The notes beneath the pieces are model-generated. The model worked only from the letters and a program-made list of their open reading frames with translations. It was not told the origin of the DNA and did no database searches. Shown one piece after another: positions 51,373 to 64,000 of a stretch of DNA of 64,000 nt. Source of the DNA: Octopus sinensis (taxonomy: Eukaryota); contig NC_042998.1 in the NCBI RefSeq assembly GCF_006345805.1, positions 36,766,001-36,830,000 of the forward strand. Reading direction: 5' to 3'. The position numbers and the translations under genes were made by a program. Within the stretch, counting starts at the first letter, position 1, and each line of letters starts with the position of its first letter.

Positions 51373-51770
51373 AAGGCGGCGAGCTGGCAGAAACGTTACC
51401 ACGCCGGGCGATATTCGTAGCCGTATTTCGTCTGCCGTTACGTTCTGAGTTCAAATTCCGCCGAGGTCGTGTTTGCCTTTCACAATGCCGGGGTCGATAA
51501 AATAAGTTCCAGTTACGCACTAGGGTCGATGTAATCGGTTTAATCCGTTTGTCTGTCCTCGCGTGTCCCCTCTGTGTTTAGCCCCTTGTGGGTAATAAAG
51601 AAATAGGTATTTCATCTTTCTTTACGTTCTGAGTTCAAATTCCGCCGAGGTCGACTTCGCTTTTCGTCCTTTCGGGGGTCGATAAATTAAGTACCAGTTG
51701 CATGCTGGGGTCGAGATAAATCACTTGCCCCTTCCCCAAAATTTTGGCCTTGTGCCTAGAGTAAAACAGA
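51373..51770 (+). mobile_element. SINE family A, dimeric
   Basis: AAGGCGGCGAGCTGGCAGAAACG head; second unit after TAAAGAAATA; alternative tail CCCCTTCCCCAAAATTTTGGCCTTGTGCC. Confidence 0.85.
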
Positions 51771-51816
51771 ATAAATTCCTATAATGTCTTTATGATTAAA
51801 CATTATTAGGTATTAT

Positions 51817-52038
51817 TTTATTCTTTAACTTGTTTCAGTCCTTTGACTGCGGCCATGCTGGAGCACCGCCTTTAGTCGAACAGATGGAGTCCAGGATTAT
51901 TCTTTGTAAGCCTAATACTTATTCTATCGGTCTCCTTTTGCCGAACCGCTAAGTTACAAGTACGTAAACACACCAACATTGCTTTCAGGCGATGGCGGAC
52001 ACACAGACATGGACACACTCACACAGCCATACACACAT

Positions 52039-52077
<39 letters not shown>

Positions 52078-52258
52078 CACACACACATATATATATGACG
52101 TGCTTATTTCAGTTTCCGTCTACCAAATCCACTCACAAGGCTTTGGTCGATCCAAAGATATAGTAGAAGACAGTTGCCCAAGGTGCTATGCAGTGAGACT
52201 GAACCTGGAACCATTTGGTGGTAAGCAAGCTTCTTACTTCACAGCCATGCTTGCGCCT
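51817..52258 (-). mobile_element. SINE family C, full length
   Basis: Reverse complement of the 32319 family; internal (CA)n. Confidence 0.85.
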
Positions 52259-54746
52259 ACAGACACTCCTGTATTGTACTAATAATTGTTAAAGCATTTT
52301 CTGTATTATAGAAATATCAGCATTGTTTTGCCCATAATTTTCAACACAAAATCTTCTATGGAGCTGCAAAGGCCATATGAACCCTGGTCGTGAAACATTG
52401 GTGAACATGATTATTATGATCATCACATTCTTTATCATCATAGTCGCCATCATCATCATCATCGACAACCGTTCACAGAGTTATAAACCTCTCCATATCG
52501 CCATTAGCTTATTATAAGAGGAGGGACATCTGTTGTAAATTTCTGCAGACCGTTTTGAAATATTCTTGCTGTTTTCATCGCCAAATCTCTCAGGGAATCT
52601 ACATTGATTCCCTGTGATAGTTACATTTGTCTTCCTAACTCCGCAATATCAGGCACATACATTTCCTTAAAGCAAGGAAAATATTCTTGTAAATGCAGCA
52701 AGAGACAAATTATGTCATGCAGTGCTTGCAAATAACGGTAAGGTGCCTTATCTGAGCCGGCTGGTTGTTTGCTTCAAGTGTGTTCGCAATAAGCATAACC
52801 GATACTGATGAGATTGAGTTTAAAGAATAGGGAATGGTGACTTTGGTCTAGTATTACTGATGTTTTTATAACTGATATTCACTTGAGAGAAAAGTATGAC
52901 TTGAAAAGCAAATTCTGTCTACAAACGCATAGACGCCATATTTCAGAACACATTTTCAATGAAGTTTGTAAAAAGAGCAGGAGAAATGACTTGTTTATAA
53001 GGAGTGAGATAATTATATCTGCGAAAACGAAGAAAATGTAAGTTTTATGTTGTCACCACGATTCTGTATTCTGTTTTTAGCTATGGTTCAGTAACTATAG
53101 GATCAAAGGTATTCCAGCGTTCACACACTCTCCATGACAATATCGCGCCATTTTCCGTTCCTTTTTTAAGGCAACATGATTCTAGGGTATTTGGCTGCCT
53201 CACCGATTCCCCCTTTTTTTGTATTACCAGGTTGAGATGAGAGATGTAAAGAAAAATAGCGTTTAGTTTCTTTTTTGTTTTGTTTCTTTCTATATCGCCG
53301 TTCGATGTTGTTCGATAATGTTGTTATTCATATCTGTAGAAGATCAGTAAGGATTAATTAACTCACAGAAATAGAATCCATCTGTTGTGTATTTCCATTG
53401 GTATAAAAATCATCTGACAATATTATTAGTTTTCGCGAAATTTATCATTTGAAAACACAAATTTGTCCTGTATTTCTTCATTTTATCCACAATTTCTATC
53501 AGAATAATATTCTTCTTAACATTATATGATCACCGGCCACCATGTTATTACAATATCCGTTAAGTTTACGAGAAAAAACTATTACCATCAGTTTGTTATT
53601 TCTATTTTACATACATAGAACGCATTGCATAACCACACATATTTCATTGGCCCTTTACAGCCATTTGAGTTATGATAGAAACCATCACCACTTTCTTGTT
53701 TACAGTTGAATAGTTGAGAAAATATCAGAATGAGATTCTATTTTTATCCACCTGGCTGTCTTAAATATGGATTAATGACAAAATAAAGAAAAACAAATGT
53801 TAGCACTTCTGTCCGCAGAATAAATAATTTCTTCGTGACAATGAAATATATAATTTTGAACGGATGTTGTAATTCTTATTTGAAACTGAAATATTATTGT
53901 GACACGACATTGAAGAAAAATGAAAATTGTTTGCCTAAAAATAATATTAAATGATTAAATTTATTTCTTTTTACTAGAGTTTCGCATATTCGCTTTATTT
54001 CTATAAAGCTGAAACGTTGTTTATGATAAGCCTTGCAAACGTTTTCAGTAAACCGATACACGTATTTTCCATATCTTATACACCTAAGCCTCAATATTTT
54101 CTTCGTTTTCCGCATGTATTTGATAAAGTGACGGAGCTAAAATTAGTGCAAATGTCCTTCATTCGAAAACACCCTGTCGTATTCATTTCCTGAACGTGCT
54201 CGACGCAGCAATAATTTAAAACAATGTTGTGTCCTCTTTCAAATTAAGTCGTCACATATTACTTTGCAATCGATTTTCTCCCACGCTATTTAAAATGGAC
54301 TGCCAGTCTCCGCTTGAACAACACTGTGGGCGACAGCGGTTGATAGAGAAACTTGACTTCCGGTCCGGAACGCTGAAACTGCTGACTAACTTCAAGTGCC
54401 ATCTAGTATTACAGAAGTCTGACCTCTATTAATAACCATTGTAATTATTTGTTTTTTTGTCTTTTTATGGAGCCAAACAACCTATAATTGATGTGATCAA
54501 ACTGGCCTCCTACAGAATCAAAAGTTACACACTCCAGATATTGATTGAAATTAAAAGAAGAGGATAATTTATAAATGGATTTGTAACATCAGAACATTAA
54601 ACTGTTTGAAAGGAAAAACGTGTGACTATCACATGAAGAAATATTTCATAGCTTTAATAAGTAGATTGTCACATTACTAGATATGTTACTTTGCAATTAA
54701 CGCATAGTGTACTGTTTACATGAATATATATATATCTATTTATACA

Positions 54747-54853
<107 letters not shown>

Positions 54854-55124
54854 GTTAGCATAAACATCGTTTTTTGTTTGTTTTTTATAAGTAAAGCTAT
54901 TGTATTTCTATTCTATAATGAAACGTATATTTAAAGATTGACGGAAATCCATGAATCAACAGTTAAAAGAAAATTTCTTTAGTGACATTTTAATTAAATC
55001 TTACAAGAACTTTCTCGGTCAAAAGAGGAAGACAACTACACACACACACACACACCTACGCACGGTCGCGCGCGCGCATTCATTCACGTATATATATATG
55101 TGTATATATGTGTGTATCTGCGTA

Positions 55125-55290
55125 TCTGTGTCTGTGTTTGCCTCCCGACCGCTTGACAACCGGTGCTGGTGTGTTTTACGTCGGCATAAATTTAAGAATA
55201 TGTAGTGATGTCGATTCGTTCGAATAAAATTCTTCAATGGCAGTGTCCTAGTATGGTCGGAATCTAACAACTGAATCAGGTAAAAAAAAG
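55125..55290 (+). mobile_element. SINE family C, 3' part
   Basis: CCGCTTGACAACCGGTGCTGGTGTGTTTTACG...GGCAGTGTCCTAGTATGGTCG. Confidence 0.65.
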
Positions 55291-55429
55291 ATAAAAAGAA
55301 ATATACATATATATATATGTATATATAATCAAAAGTGTCAGAGAATGCTGAGTAAGTGCTATGGACAGTGTTAAGCTCCAGGTTCGATAATGATACGAAT
55401 GAGGAGTCCAACGTAGGTTGTGTATTAGC

Positions 55430-55489
<60 letters not shown>

Positions 55490-55550
55490 ATTAACAGAAT
55501 GAGAAAAAATCCAAGGTTGCGAATAGTTTTCAGAACATTTATAAAGAGAA

Positions 55551-55600
55551 TGTCTTACAACTGTTTCCGAGATACTTTACATATCCCTTCATCAGAGACA
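55551..55600 (-). ncRNA. Type I hammerhead ribozyme motif (Penelope-type)
   Basis: Minus strand TGTCT-CTGATGA-A-GGGATA(TGTAAAG)TATCTC-G-GAAAC-AGTT-GTA-AGACA. Stem I TGTCT/AGACA, 6-bp stem II, GUA triplet. Confidence 0.7.
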
Positions 55601-55779
55601 GTGCGAGAAAATGTTTAAATAATAGTTATTACAGCGTAGCAGAGAAGGTATGAAATACAGAGTGAAGTGGAGGAATGAAAACAGACGTGAGATACGTAAG
55701 GATATTGTATCTGCAGTCCCATTATTTAAGCAGAATGGTGTATATATGAGTTTCCTGTACAGGTCTTTTTCCCCACTTG

Positions 55780-56240
55780 ATAATTTTCTGGAGCTTTGGG
55801 GCATCGGCAAATATCTTCACTTTCTGGTGTTTTATGACGTTTAAAATGTCGTTTATATAGACTATAAAGGGAAGCGGGCCCAATAGATTTACCCAAGGGA
55901 CACCACTGGTGAATTTTGGTGGGCTTGAATGGATTCCAACGATCACAACATGTTGTGCTCTATTCTCCAGGAAATACCCAATCCAGCGTAGTAGTTTTCC
56001 ACAGATTCCAACATTTGACAATTTTGACAGTAAGATATTATGGTCGACTCCATCCAACGCTTTACTGGAGTCAAGATATATGACATCGGCGTTCGAACCC
56101 GATCCCAAGGCTTGAAGGCAATCATCCATGTAGTGCAAGAGCTGTGTTAGACATTCCCTGCCGCAGCGAAAGCCATGCTGGTTTGAATTTAGGAGATTGT
56201 GGTTCTCTAGGAAACGAGTTTCCCTTGATCTCACCACCCT
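55780..56240 (-). pseudogene. CR1/L2-group RT fragment related to the 22768 ORF2, catalytically dead
   Basis: NQHGFRCGRECLTQLLH...DVIYLDSSKALDGVDH...SGVPWVNLLGPLPFIVYIND...IFADA. FADD is changed to FADA and PQG to PWV. Confidence 0.85.
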
Positions 56241-56333
56241 TTATATATATATATATATATTTACACACACACAAACACACACACATATATATATTTGCAT
56301 GTATGTATGTATACCAATCATTTCACCATCCTT

Positions 56334-56375
<42 letters not shown>

Positions 56376-56388
56376 TCAATATATATAT

Positions 56389-57184
56389 TGCGATGATTTG
56401 AAAATTTTAGGTCAGATATTACCTTGGCAGGGTCGGAAATGCCTCGTGAAAATATCTGTTCCGACTTGTGGCTATTTCTTACTGAAGAATCTGAGGGCCT
56501 ATGGAAGATTGGCTTGATTAATTTAATCAGGGGTTTACCATTAAACAGCAGATGAAACGGTGCATCGTATAAGAAATTACAGGGTAATGTTTTTTAAATT
56601 TTCTCCTGTTTACGGAATTGACTTTTATTTGCGGTTGAAGCTTTGGCTGTTATTTCTAGTGGGTGAATGGCCTATTATGGCCGTTCCTTGATTGTTGATG
56701 TTGAACTTAAAAATGGTCTATGACTATTTAATTTTTTCCCACTAGGCCGCTGGTGGCAAAAAAATTCTACAAAATTTTTTTTGCCACCCTATATGATTAA
56801 TTATGAATTTTCTGGTAATTCCGTAATGGAATCGACGGCTTATATTTATTTGCTGCCGATAAATTTGGCGCGAGTGCGATGATTTGAAAATTTTAGGTCA
56901 GATATTACCTTGGCAGGGTCGGAAATGCCTCGTGAAAATATCTGTTCCGATTTGTGGCTATTTCTTACTGAAGAATCTGAGGGCCTATGGAAGATTGGCT
57001 TGATTTAATTTAATCAGGTTAGTTTACCATTAAACAGCAGATGAAACGGTGCATCGTATAAGAAATTACAGGTAAATGTTTTTTAAATTTTCTCTGTTTA
57101 CGGAATTGACTTTTATTTGCGGTTGAAGCTTTGGCTGTTATTCTAGTGGGTGAATGGCCTATTATGGCCGTTCCTTGATTGTTG

Positions 57185-57186
<2 letters not shown>
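56389..57186. repeat. Tandem direct duplication of a 486-bp unit (1.6 copies) flanked by (TA)n
   Basis: TGCGATGATTTGAAAATTTTAGGTCAG starts at 56389 and 56875; the second copy stops at CCTTGATTGTTGAT then (TA)n. Confidence 0.95.
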
Positions 57187-57217
<31 letters not shown>

Positions 57218-57279
57218 ATATGTAATATATATACACGTATTTATACATATATGTATGCATATAATATATATATAATATA

Positions 57280-57317
<38 letters not shown>

Positions 57318-57615
57318 TATAGAAAGTGGAGCGGATACAAAATGGACAGACATTAGCCGGTAAACATTCCAGTATGTCTATTTATTCCAATGTATTAGAA
57401 TGTATTAGATGAATACAAACACATTTATTCGTAGTACAACATATCAAATATAAAGAGTTGGTAACTGCAAGGGCAAGGGTGTGGAAGCATATAATCATAT
57501 AGGAACAGGTTATTGAATGAGTACATGAGCAAATGCGCAGATTGTCAGAAGGTGCAAGATACTATCCCTTAGTTGGTTTCTCAACATCTAACTCACACAG
57601 AAATATATGTATATG

Positions 57616-57695
<80 letters not shown>

Positions 57696-57879
57696 AAGAG
57701 AGAGATAACGTGTATCGTGAATTTAACTCTGATGATAATCTTCCTGAAGTAGGTTTAAATTCTCTATGTAATTACGCCTCTGATAATACAATAAAGAAGC
57801 GATGTTTAATATTAATGGTAATAATAATTCTGCCTTAACACTTAATTGTGAGACGAGGATTAGTATAAATACTTTTAAC

Positions 57880-58320
57880 TATAATTACCAAACATAAGTG
57901 AATAAATGCATGCGTAATCCTAAAAATAATATTCTGTACCCTTTAGAAAATCAATGTTTAAAGAAAAATATAGTCTATCAGTGTAAGGTAACAGGGGAGC
58001 GTAGGTATAATTACATTGGCTTATCTACGGCAGTTTCAATATCTAGATTTCATAATCATTCCCATATATTTGAATATATATAGAAAAAGTAATTCTACAC
58101 AGCTTAGTGAGTGCATTTGGGATTTGAAAGAAGATTGATTATGATTTAAAATAGTCCCTATTAGCTATGCAACACTGTACAATATTGGTAATTCTACATC
58201 TGATCTTTGTCCTGAAAATATGTACTACGTAATTATTTTAAAATCAATTTTATTGAATTTTAACGGGACCTTTACAATGAAATATTGCCATAAAATTCGA
58301 AAAACATTCAGAGATTTCAA
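57880..58320 (+). mobile_element. Penelope-like element GIY-YIG endonuclease/C-terminal fragment, disrupted
   Basis: PLENQCLKKNIVYQCKV...NYIGLSTA...SRFHNHSH...EKSNSTQLSECIWDLK...DLCPE: the IVY-YIG motif with the PLE-type flanking Cys/His pattern. Confidence 0.8.
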
Positions 58321-58569
58321 TATTCTTAATTATAATATATGTTCATTTATTATATATTCTGGTCATTTTTTCTAAAAGTTTTACTATATTTAATAAATAG
58401 ATAACTAATTGTCGTGGCCTAAAATCTCTGTTTCTAATTGTCACAACTTTGAATACTTATGTTTATTTCTTATTGTTCACTTATCCACTGACGTCACCAA
58501 CAGTTGCTTGCGAAAAAAGCCTTAGAAAATTACTATTTTTAAATTTCACAACGAGAGATATTCAGCAAT

Positions 58570-58712
58570 AGTACTTTGGGGTAAAGAATTTTGCCAACAT
58601 AACATGTCGTATAGCCAGCTTGATACGATGTCTTCTGGGGAATAAATTACAGCAACATTCGTCCTAAACTAGGACTGCCATGTTATGTTGGCAACAACCT
58701 TTACTTCCAAAA
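58570..58712. mobile_element. Short internally deleted member of the 19462 MITE family
   Basis: GGGGTAAAGAATTTTGCCAACATAACATG...CATGTTATGTTGGCAACAACCTTTACTTCC inverted ends; the internal part resembles the right TIR of 19462-19800. Confidence 0.6.
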
Positions 58713-58972
58713 TAGCCTTATTTAGATTATGTTTCTCTATATTTATGAATGTCGTATTGTAGAATACTTATGTTTGTTTTTCATTCTTTCACTATCCACT
58801 GGCGTTACCAATAACTGAATACAAAAATAGCCTTTCTTCAATTTGTTTAATTCTTTTATTTATATATATCTATTAATAATAATCCACTGACGTCGCCATT
58901 AGTTGAATCCAGAAATGTCTTGGATTGAATTCTTTTTAGGTGTTGTTTTTATAGGCGTTCGTGTACTGGAGT

Positions 58973-59350
<378 letters not shown>

Positions 59351-59599
59351 ATTTGTCGGCTTCATAGGCAAATTCTACAATCAAATTGTAAATTTTTTCA
59401 TGCGAATTTTTTGTTGTCAAGTACTCTGAATATCTCAAATTCATCTGTATGATATGTGAATCTACTTGTCATTCATGATGACTTACCTTGAACATATTCT
59501 ACTTACATTTACTGTATCTCATTGTTGGATATTTTTAACCAAATTCTGTTAAACCTGGCCGCTTTATTGGTATCTGCCTGGATTTTTCAATCCCTTTTT

Positions 59600-59648
<49 letters not shown>

Positions 59649-59923
59649 TATATATATATGCATACATACATACATACATACATACATACATACATACATA
59701 CATACATACATACATACATACATACATACATACATGCATATATACATACAAATTTTCCCTCCCTCGGTGAAGGTGAACTTGAAGTTTTACCAGAATTTTT
59801 TTCTGAATGTACCATGAGATATGATCAACATTAAAACACTTTGGTTGTAAAAAATACCTTTAGATAGATAGCTCCCATTTTTGCATAAATCTTTTTAGAT
59901 AGACTTGTGGTTGTTCCAGTCCA

Positions 59924-59977
<54 letters not shown>

Positions 59978-62338
59978 AATATTGATTTTAGTCCCTCCAA
60001 TCGCCACTTGAATTCAATCGTCTCAATTGCCCAGTTTTGATATCTTCCACACTTCCATAATTCTCTCTCCCTTCCTTTTTGTGCATATAGAAACACAAAT
60101 ATTTGACGCCTTCAAACACGCTTTTTCTCATCCGCCTCAGCCCTACTTCACGCTTTCACATTAGTTCCCTCATCTATTAGCTTGCTGCGAAAGTAACATC
60201 ATATTTTCCACCACGTCTCTTTCTCTCCCTCTCTGTCCCATTCTCTGTCTGTCCCTGTCTCTGTCTCTCTCCCCATTCGTCACTTTCAGCTTCAGAGCAA
60301 GCATAAAACGTTCACATATTCATTCCTCACAGCCTGCCAATATTTCAAACGCCTGTAATAATTGATATATTGATTAAATACCAACGACGCTGACCGTGAC
60401 GAGTTTCCTTGGAATCGAGAATTTTACTGCTTTTTCCGTAACATGAAAAAGCGCTTTGAGAAGTAAATTACTTGATTTGAGATAGTTAGAACATTGACAT
60501 TATTAAACACAGAAATAAGAATTGTGTTATTCATAGGCTACTAAAGTGAATGTGATGTGCATTTAAACGAAAAGCAAATTTATTTTCTCTTTAAAATCTA
60601 ATTAAAAACAGACGTAAAACTCAGTGTTAATTAAATACTGTTTCGGCTGTATTCTAAGTGATCTCTGGGTACTTTTAGGGGCTTCAATGTTTGTAACAGA
60701 AAGAAATGCAGTGGCTGTGCAACTGCTCTTGATGTTTAGAATGAGTAATGTTTCAAAGTAATCCATTTTATACACACCCATCTTTGATTGTGCCTCGAGC
60801 AGTGATTGCAGCTGGTAAATGGAAATGTAGTTCTAAGGCTGTTTCAAGAAATATCTAACAACACTCGTGAACAATTAGCAGAATATATCACTGTTCATAA
60901 TGTTTTCTGTGCTGGTTTTTAATAAATACAGTGACAATTACACAGCGAGGGAAACATACTACCAGGATCTGCGACAAGTATTTGATAAAACAATCTGCAT
61001 GCTGGTCCATCACGACTGCAAAATAATTACGCTAAATTAATGGAGAGCAGATTTCTCTCAGCTATCTCCCATCGGCTGGTGGTAGCTAAGAAGGAAGATC
61101 CAACATTCTGCAATTAACACCAAAAGCAAAAACAAAAAACAAAAACCTCCATATAGGGCACAATGAGAAAGTTCTCAGAAGTTGATTCACAAAACGGCCT
61201 CACGTTGATTAGTCGCATAATCGGCCGTTCATATGAAACTACTGTGGTTTAATTCTGATGTTTACTTATCTACCTGGCGATTTAGTTTCAAATCCTCTAC
61301 AAGGAAAAGTAAAAGTGAAATGACATCCAGGTACGATTAATGATTGACTTATGCTTACGCGACTTCTACGATTGCTACTAATGCTACGAACGTTTCAATA
61401 TACATTTATATTTAATAATTTATGAGTTGAAAACAATTTTCCCCACTCAAACGTTTTCAGTCATCCTGTCAATAAATTGCACTGATGAGATCCGTTCATA
61501 CCAAAACATTGTTGGAATCGTCACCGTAATGCCAAACATCAGAATCCCTCCATTTTGCATTTAGTTTGAGATCATTAAGATAAATTTTCATTTTAGATCA
61601 CGTTTGCTTCTTTTTAACAGGTTAAACCATTAGTGTGGATGATATTATCCTCACAAACTTCACGCAATATATTACGTAAGGTGACCACATTACAACATCG
61701 CTTTCAAAAAGAGAATTAATGCCGCAAACGCTCTGTGGTCATTTCCCACAGTATTCAAAATAGCTTCTTGCATCTCGCAGTGGCTGAACTCAATTTATGC
61801 CTATGGTAAGTATTTTATAACTTTTAACAGTTTAAAAGCAAAGCATTTGTAATGTTATTCTAAGAAGGGATAATGATCGCTGAAAACTTGAAAACTTATT
61901 AGTGTATAAATATATGCATATATTCTTACATGCAAAACACATATATATGCATATTTACATACCTACTCTCACATACATACAGTATAAACACATTCATATA
62001 TGCTTCCGGTGCGAATGGTTTTGTTATACTGCGCCGTATTTTACAATCCTGTAAATAATAATAATTGCATTCTCATACAAGTTTAAAGCTTTTGGCGATC
62101 ACCGTGTAATGACTAAGGAAATTAGTCTATTAAAGGGGCATATAAGACCTCCACAGAAAAAGAAGGCATTCCTCTTCGCGTGGGATATATGCATAATGGT
62201 ATATATATATATGTATACATTCATAAATATATATAATCATATACATATACATGTTCGTGTGTATATATATTATGTGAAATAGAAAGATGAATAATCTTGT
62301 AGTAGATTAATCAAAGACACAATATGGTCCCATTATTC

Positions 62339-62434
62339 AATCGGATTTTGGTAATTTGTGCCTTTCGAAACACGTGTAGAATGATATAAAACGATTTCTG
62401 TTCAATCTGCGTTCAGCTCCATTTCTTCAATTCA

Positions 62435-62440
<6 letters not shown>
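62339..62440 (+). repeat. Second copy of the ~100-bp (TA)n-abutting repeat (see 9961-10060)
   Basis: About 90% identical by eye over ~100 bp. Confidence 0.75.
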
Positions 62441-62484
<44 letters not shown>

Positions 62485-64000
62485 TTCATTAATTTATATA
62501 CTCATTTGTATACATACATATATTCATAAATATATATACTCATATACATATATATATGTTTGTGTGCGTGTGCGTGCATATGCGTATGCGTGTGTGTGTG
62601 TGTATAAGCAAAATCATTGAACACTGAATAGAATTTAAATGTTTATATTTATTCCCAAATAAAATATTGCAATATATTTCGGTTGTAGGAATTATGTTTG
62701 AAGTTATGATATATACACTCGTTCCGTATGTAACACCCATCCACTGACGCACACACACACACACTAACATACACACAAATATATATATACGCATATATAC
62801 GCATATAGTCAGACATGTTTGTATCCTTAACGAGATTAAACTTGGAGGTAACACAATATCAGTTATTAATTATTCTTATTCATCAAATGATAAATATGGT
62901 GATGAAAAAAAAGATATTTTTTCATCAATATTTCGAATTAATAACGTGAGTGCCATGAAATACCTGTCTTAACCAAATTGTTACAAGCACTTCATTCGCT
63001 CTGTGTGTGTGTGCGTGCGTGTGTGTGTGTGTGCGCGTGCGTTTGTGTGCGTGCGTGTTTCATTTTTTTGTTCACATTACCAATTTTTTTCTCTCGTGAA
63101 TTGAATCATAAATTCGTCCATCTTTGAAAAGCAGATAATGCCTCAATTTATGGCTACGAATAAATGAACTCATTGACGCGGAGAAATGTTTTATTCCTTT
63201 TCAAAAATGAAAGCAAATATATAAAAAAAAAACAGAAACGGCGTCAATCTAAAATATGATTTCAATGATTGGTTCCTCATTCTATAAAGAACCGTATTAT
63301 ATAAACAGATACTTGTAATCTATCAGTTTTTTAATTCTGTTAACAAATTTATTTTCTTTTTATTAAACAAATTTAATTTGTTTATGGAAAATGTTAGAAA
63401 CTGACGTCTTCCTGTAAAAACAGAAGATTAAAACCTAAATAAAATCCTGCCAGATCAATGCCATGAATAAAAATGCAAATTTCAATGAAGCTTGTTAATG
63501 ACTAAGTTCTTTCCATTTTGTGAAGTAGCTGCAATGAACAACGTGAATTGGTGAAACAACGCGATTATAAAAGCCCATGAAATGATATGGACAAGTATAT
63601 GAAGAAATGAAAAGCCATAAAGCTGCGAAGGTTATTTATTCATAGGTATGCGCATCATATCTAATTAGAACGTTGAATTACAAAGTGACATCGCTTATAT
63701 GCACAATAAACGCATGTCCTAACGTATATATATATATTATATGAGCACCAGTGGTTACCAAATTCGCTTTGCAACAGTATCGTTTCGGTTTCGCTTCCAT
63801 TGCGTATCGACTTAGGAAGTGTCCTGCAATATGACCCTCGACGCCGGTTGGTTAACGCTTTCTGATTTGAGTTCTATTTAGTGTTTGTAAGCCTCTCTTT
63901 CTATTTCTCAATGTGTGTGTGCATGTGTATGTGTGTATGTGTGTATGTGTGAGTAGGCTGCGTGCTTTGCATTTATATATAGGATGTTGTTAAATGTAAA

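Noticed and set aside
61478-61520. CTGATGAGATCCG...AAAAC
   Set aside because: No stem II, GAAA or stem I pairing; a chance match.

Overview
AT-rich eukaryotic (animal) non-coding DNA. It is very probably octopus: this is inferred from the tRNA-derived SINE families and the extreme (TA)n/(ATCT)n/(CA)n microsatellite load, not shown directly. I can support no host protein-coding exon; almost all listed ORFs are microsatellite translations. The window holds: (1) a full-length, apparently intact CR1/L2-group LINE on the minus strand (~22684-27075). Its ORF1 has a Myb/SANT-like domain and two CCCH fingers. Its APE-RT ORF2 lacks an AUG before the endonuclease domain and opens onto a U_UUU_UUA slippery site. 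(2) A ~6.4-copy head-to-tail array of a ~476-bp unit (32806-35836) with a type I hammerhead ribozyme fold at every unit junction, i.e. a retrozyme-like array. (3) A second (TA)n-flanked ~486-bp tandem unit (56389-57186). (4) Solitary minimal hammerheads plus Penelope-like RT and GIY-YIG relics. (5) Many SINEs from about four families, one with variable internal multimerisation. (6) MITEs, a Helitron-like element, a mariner relic and Tx1/RTE/CR1 relics.
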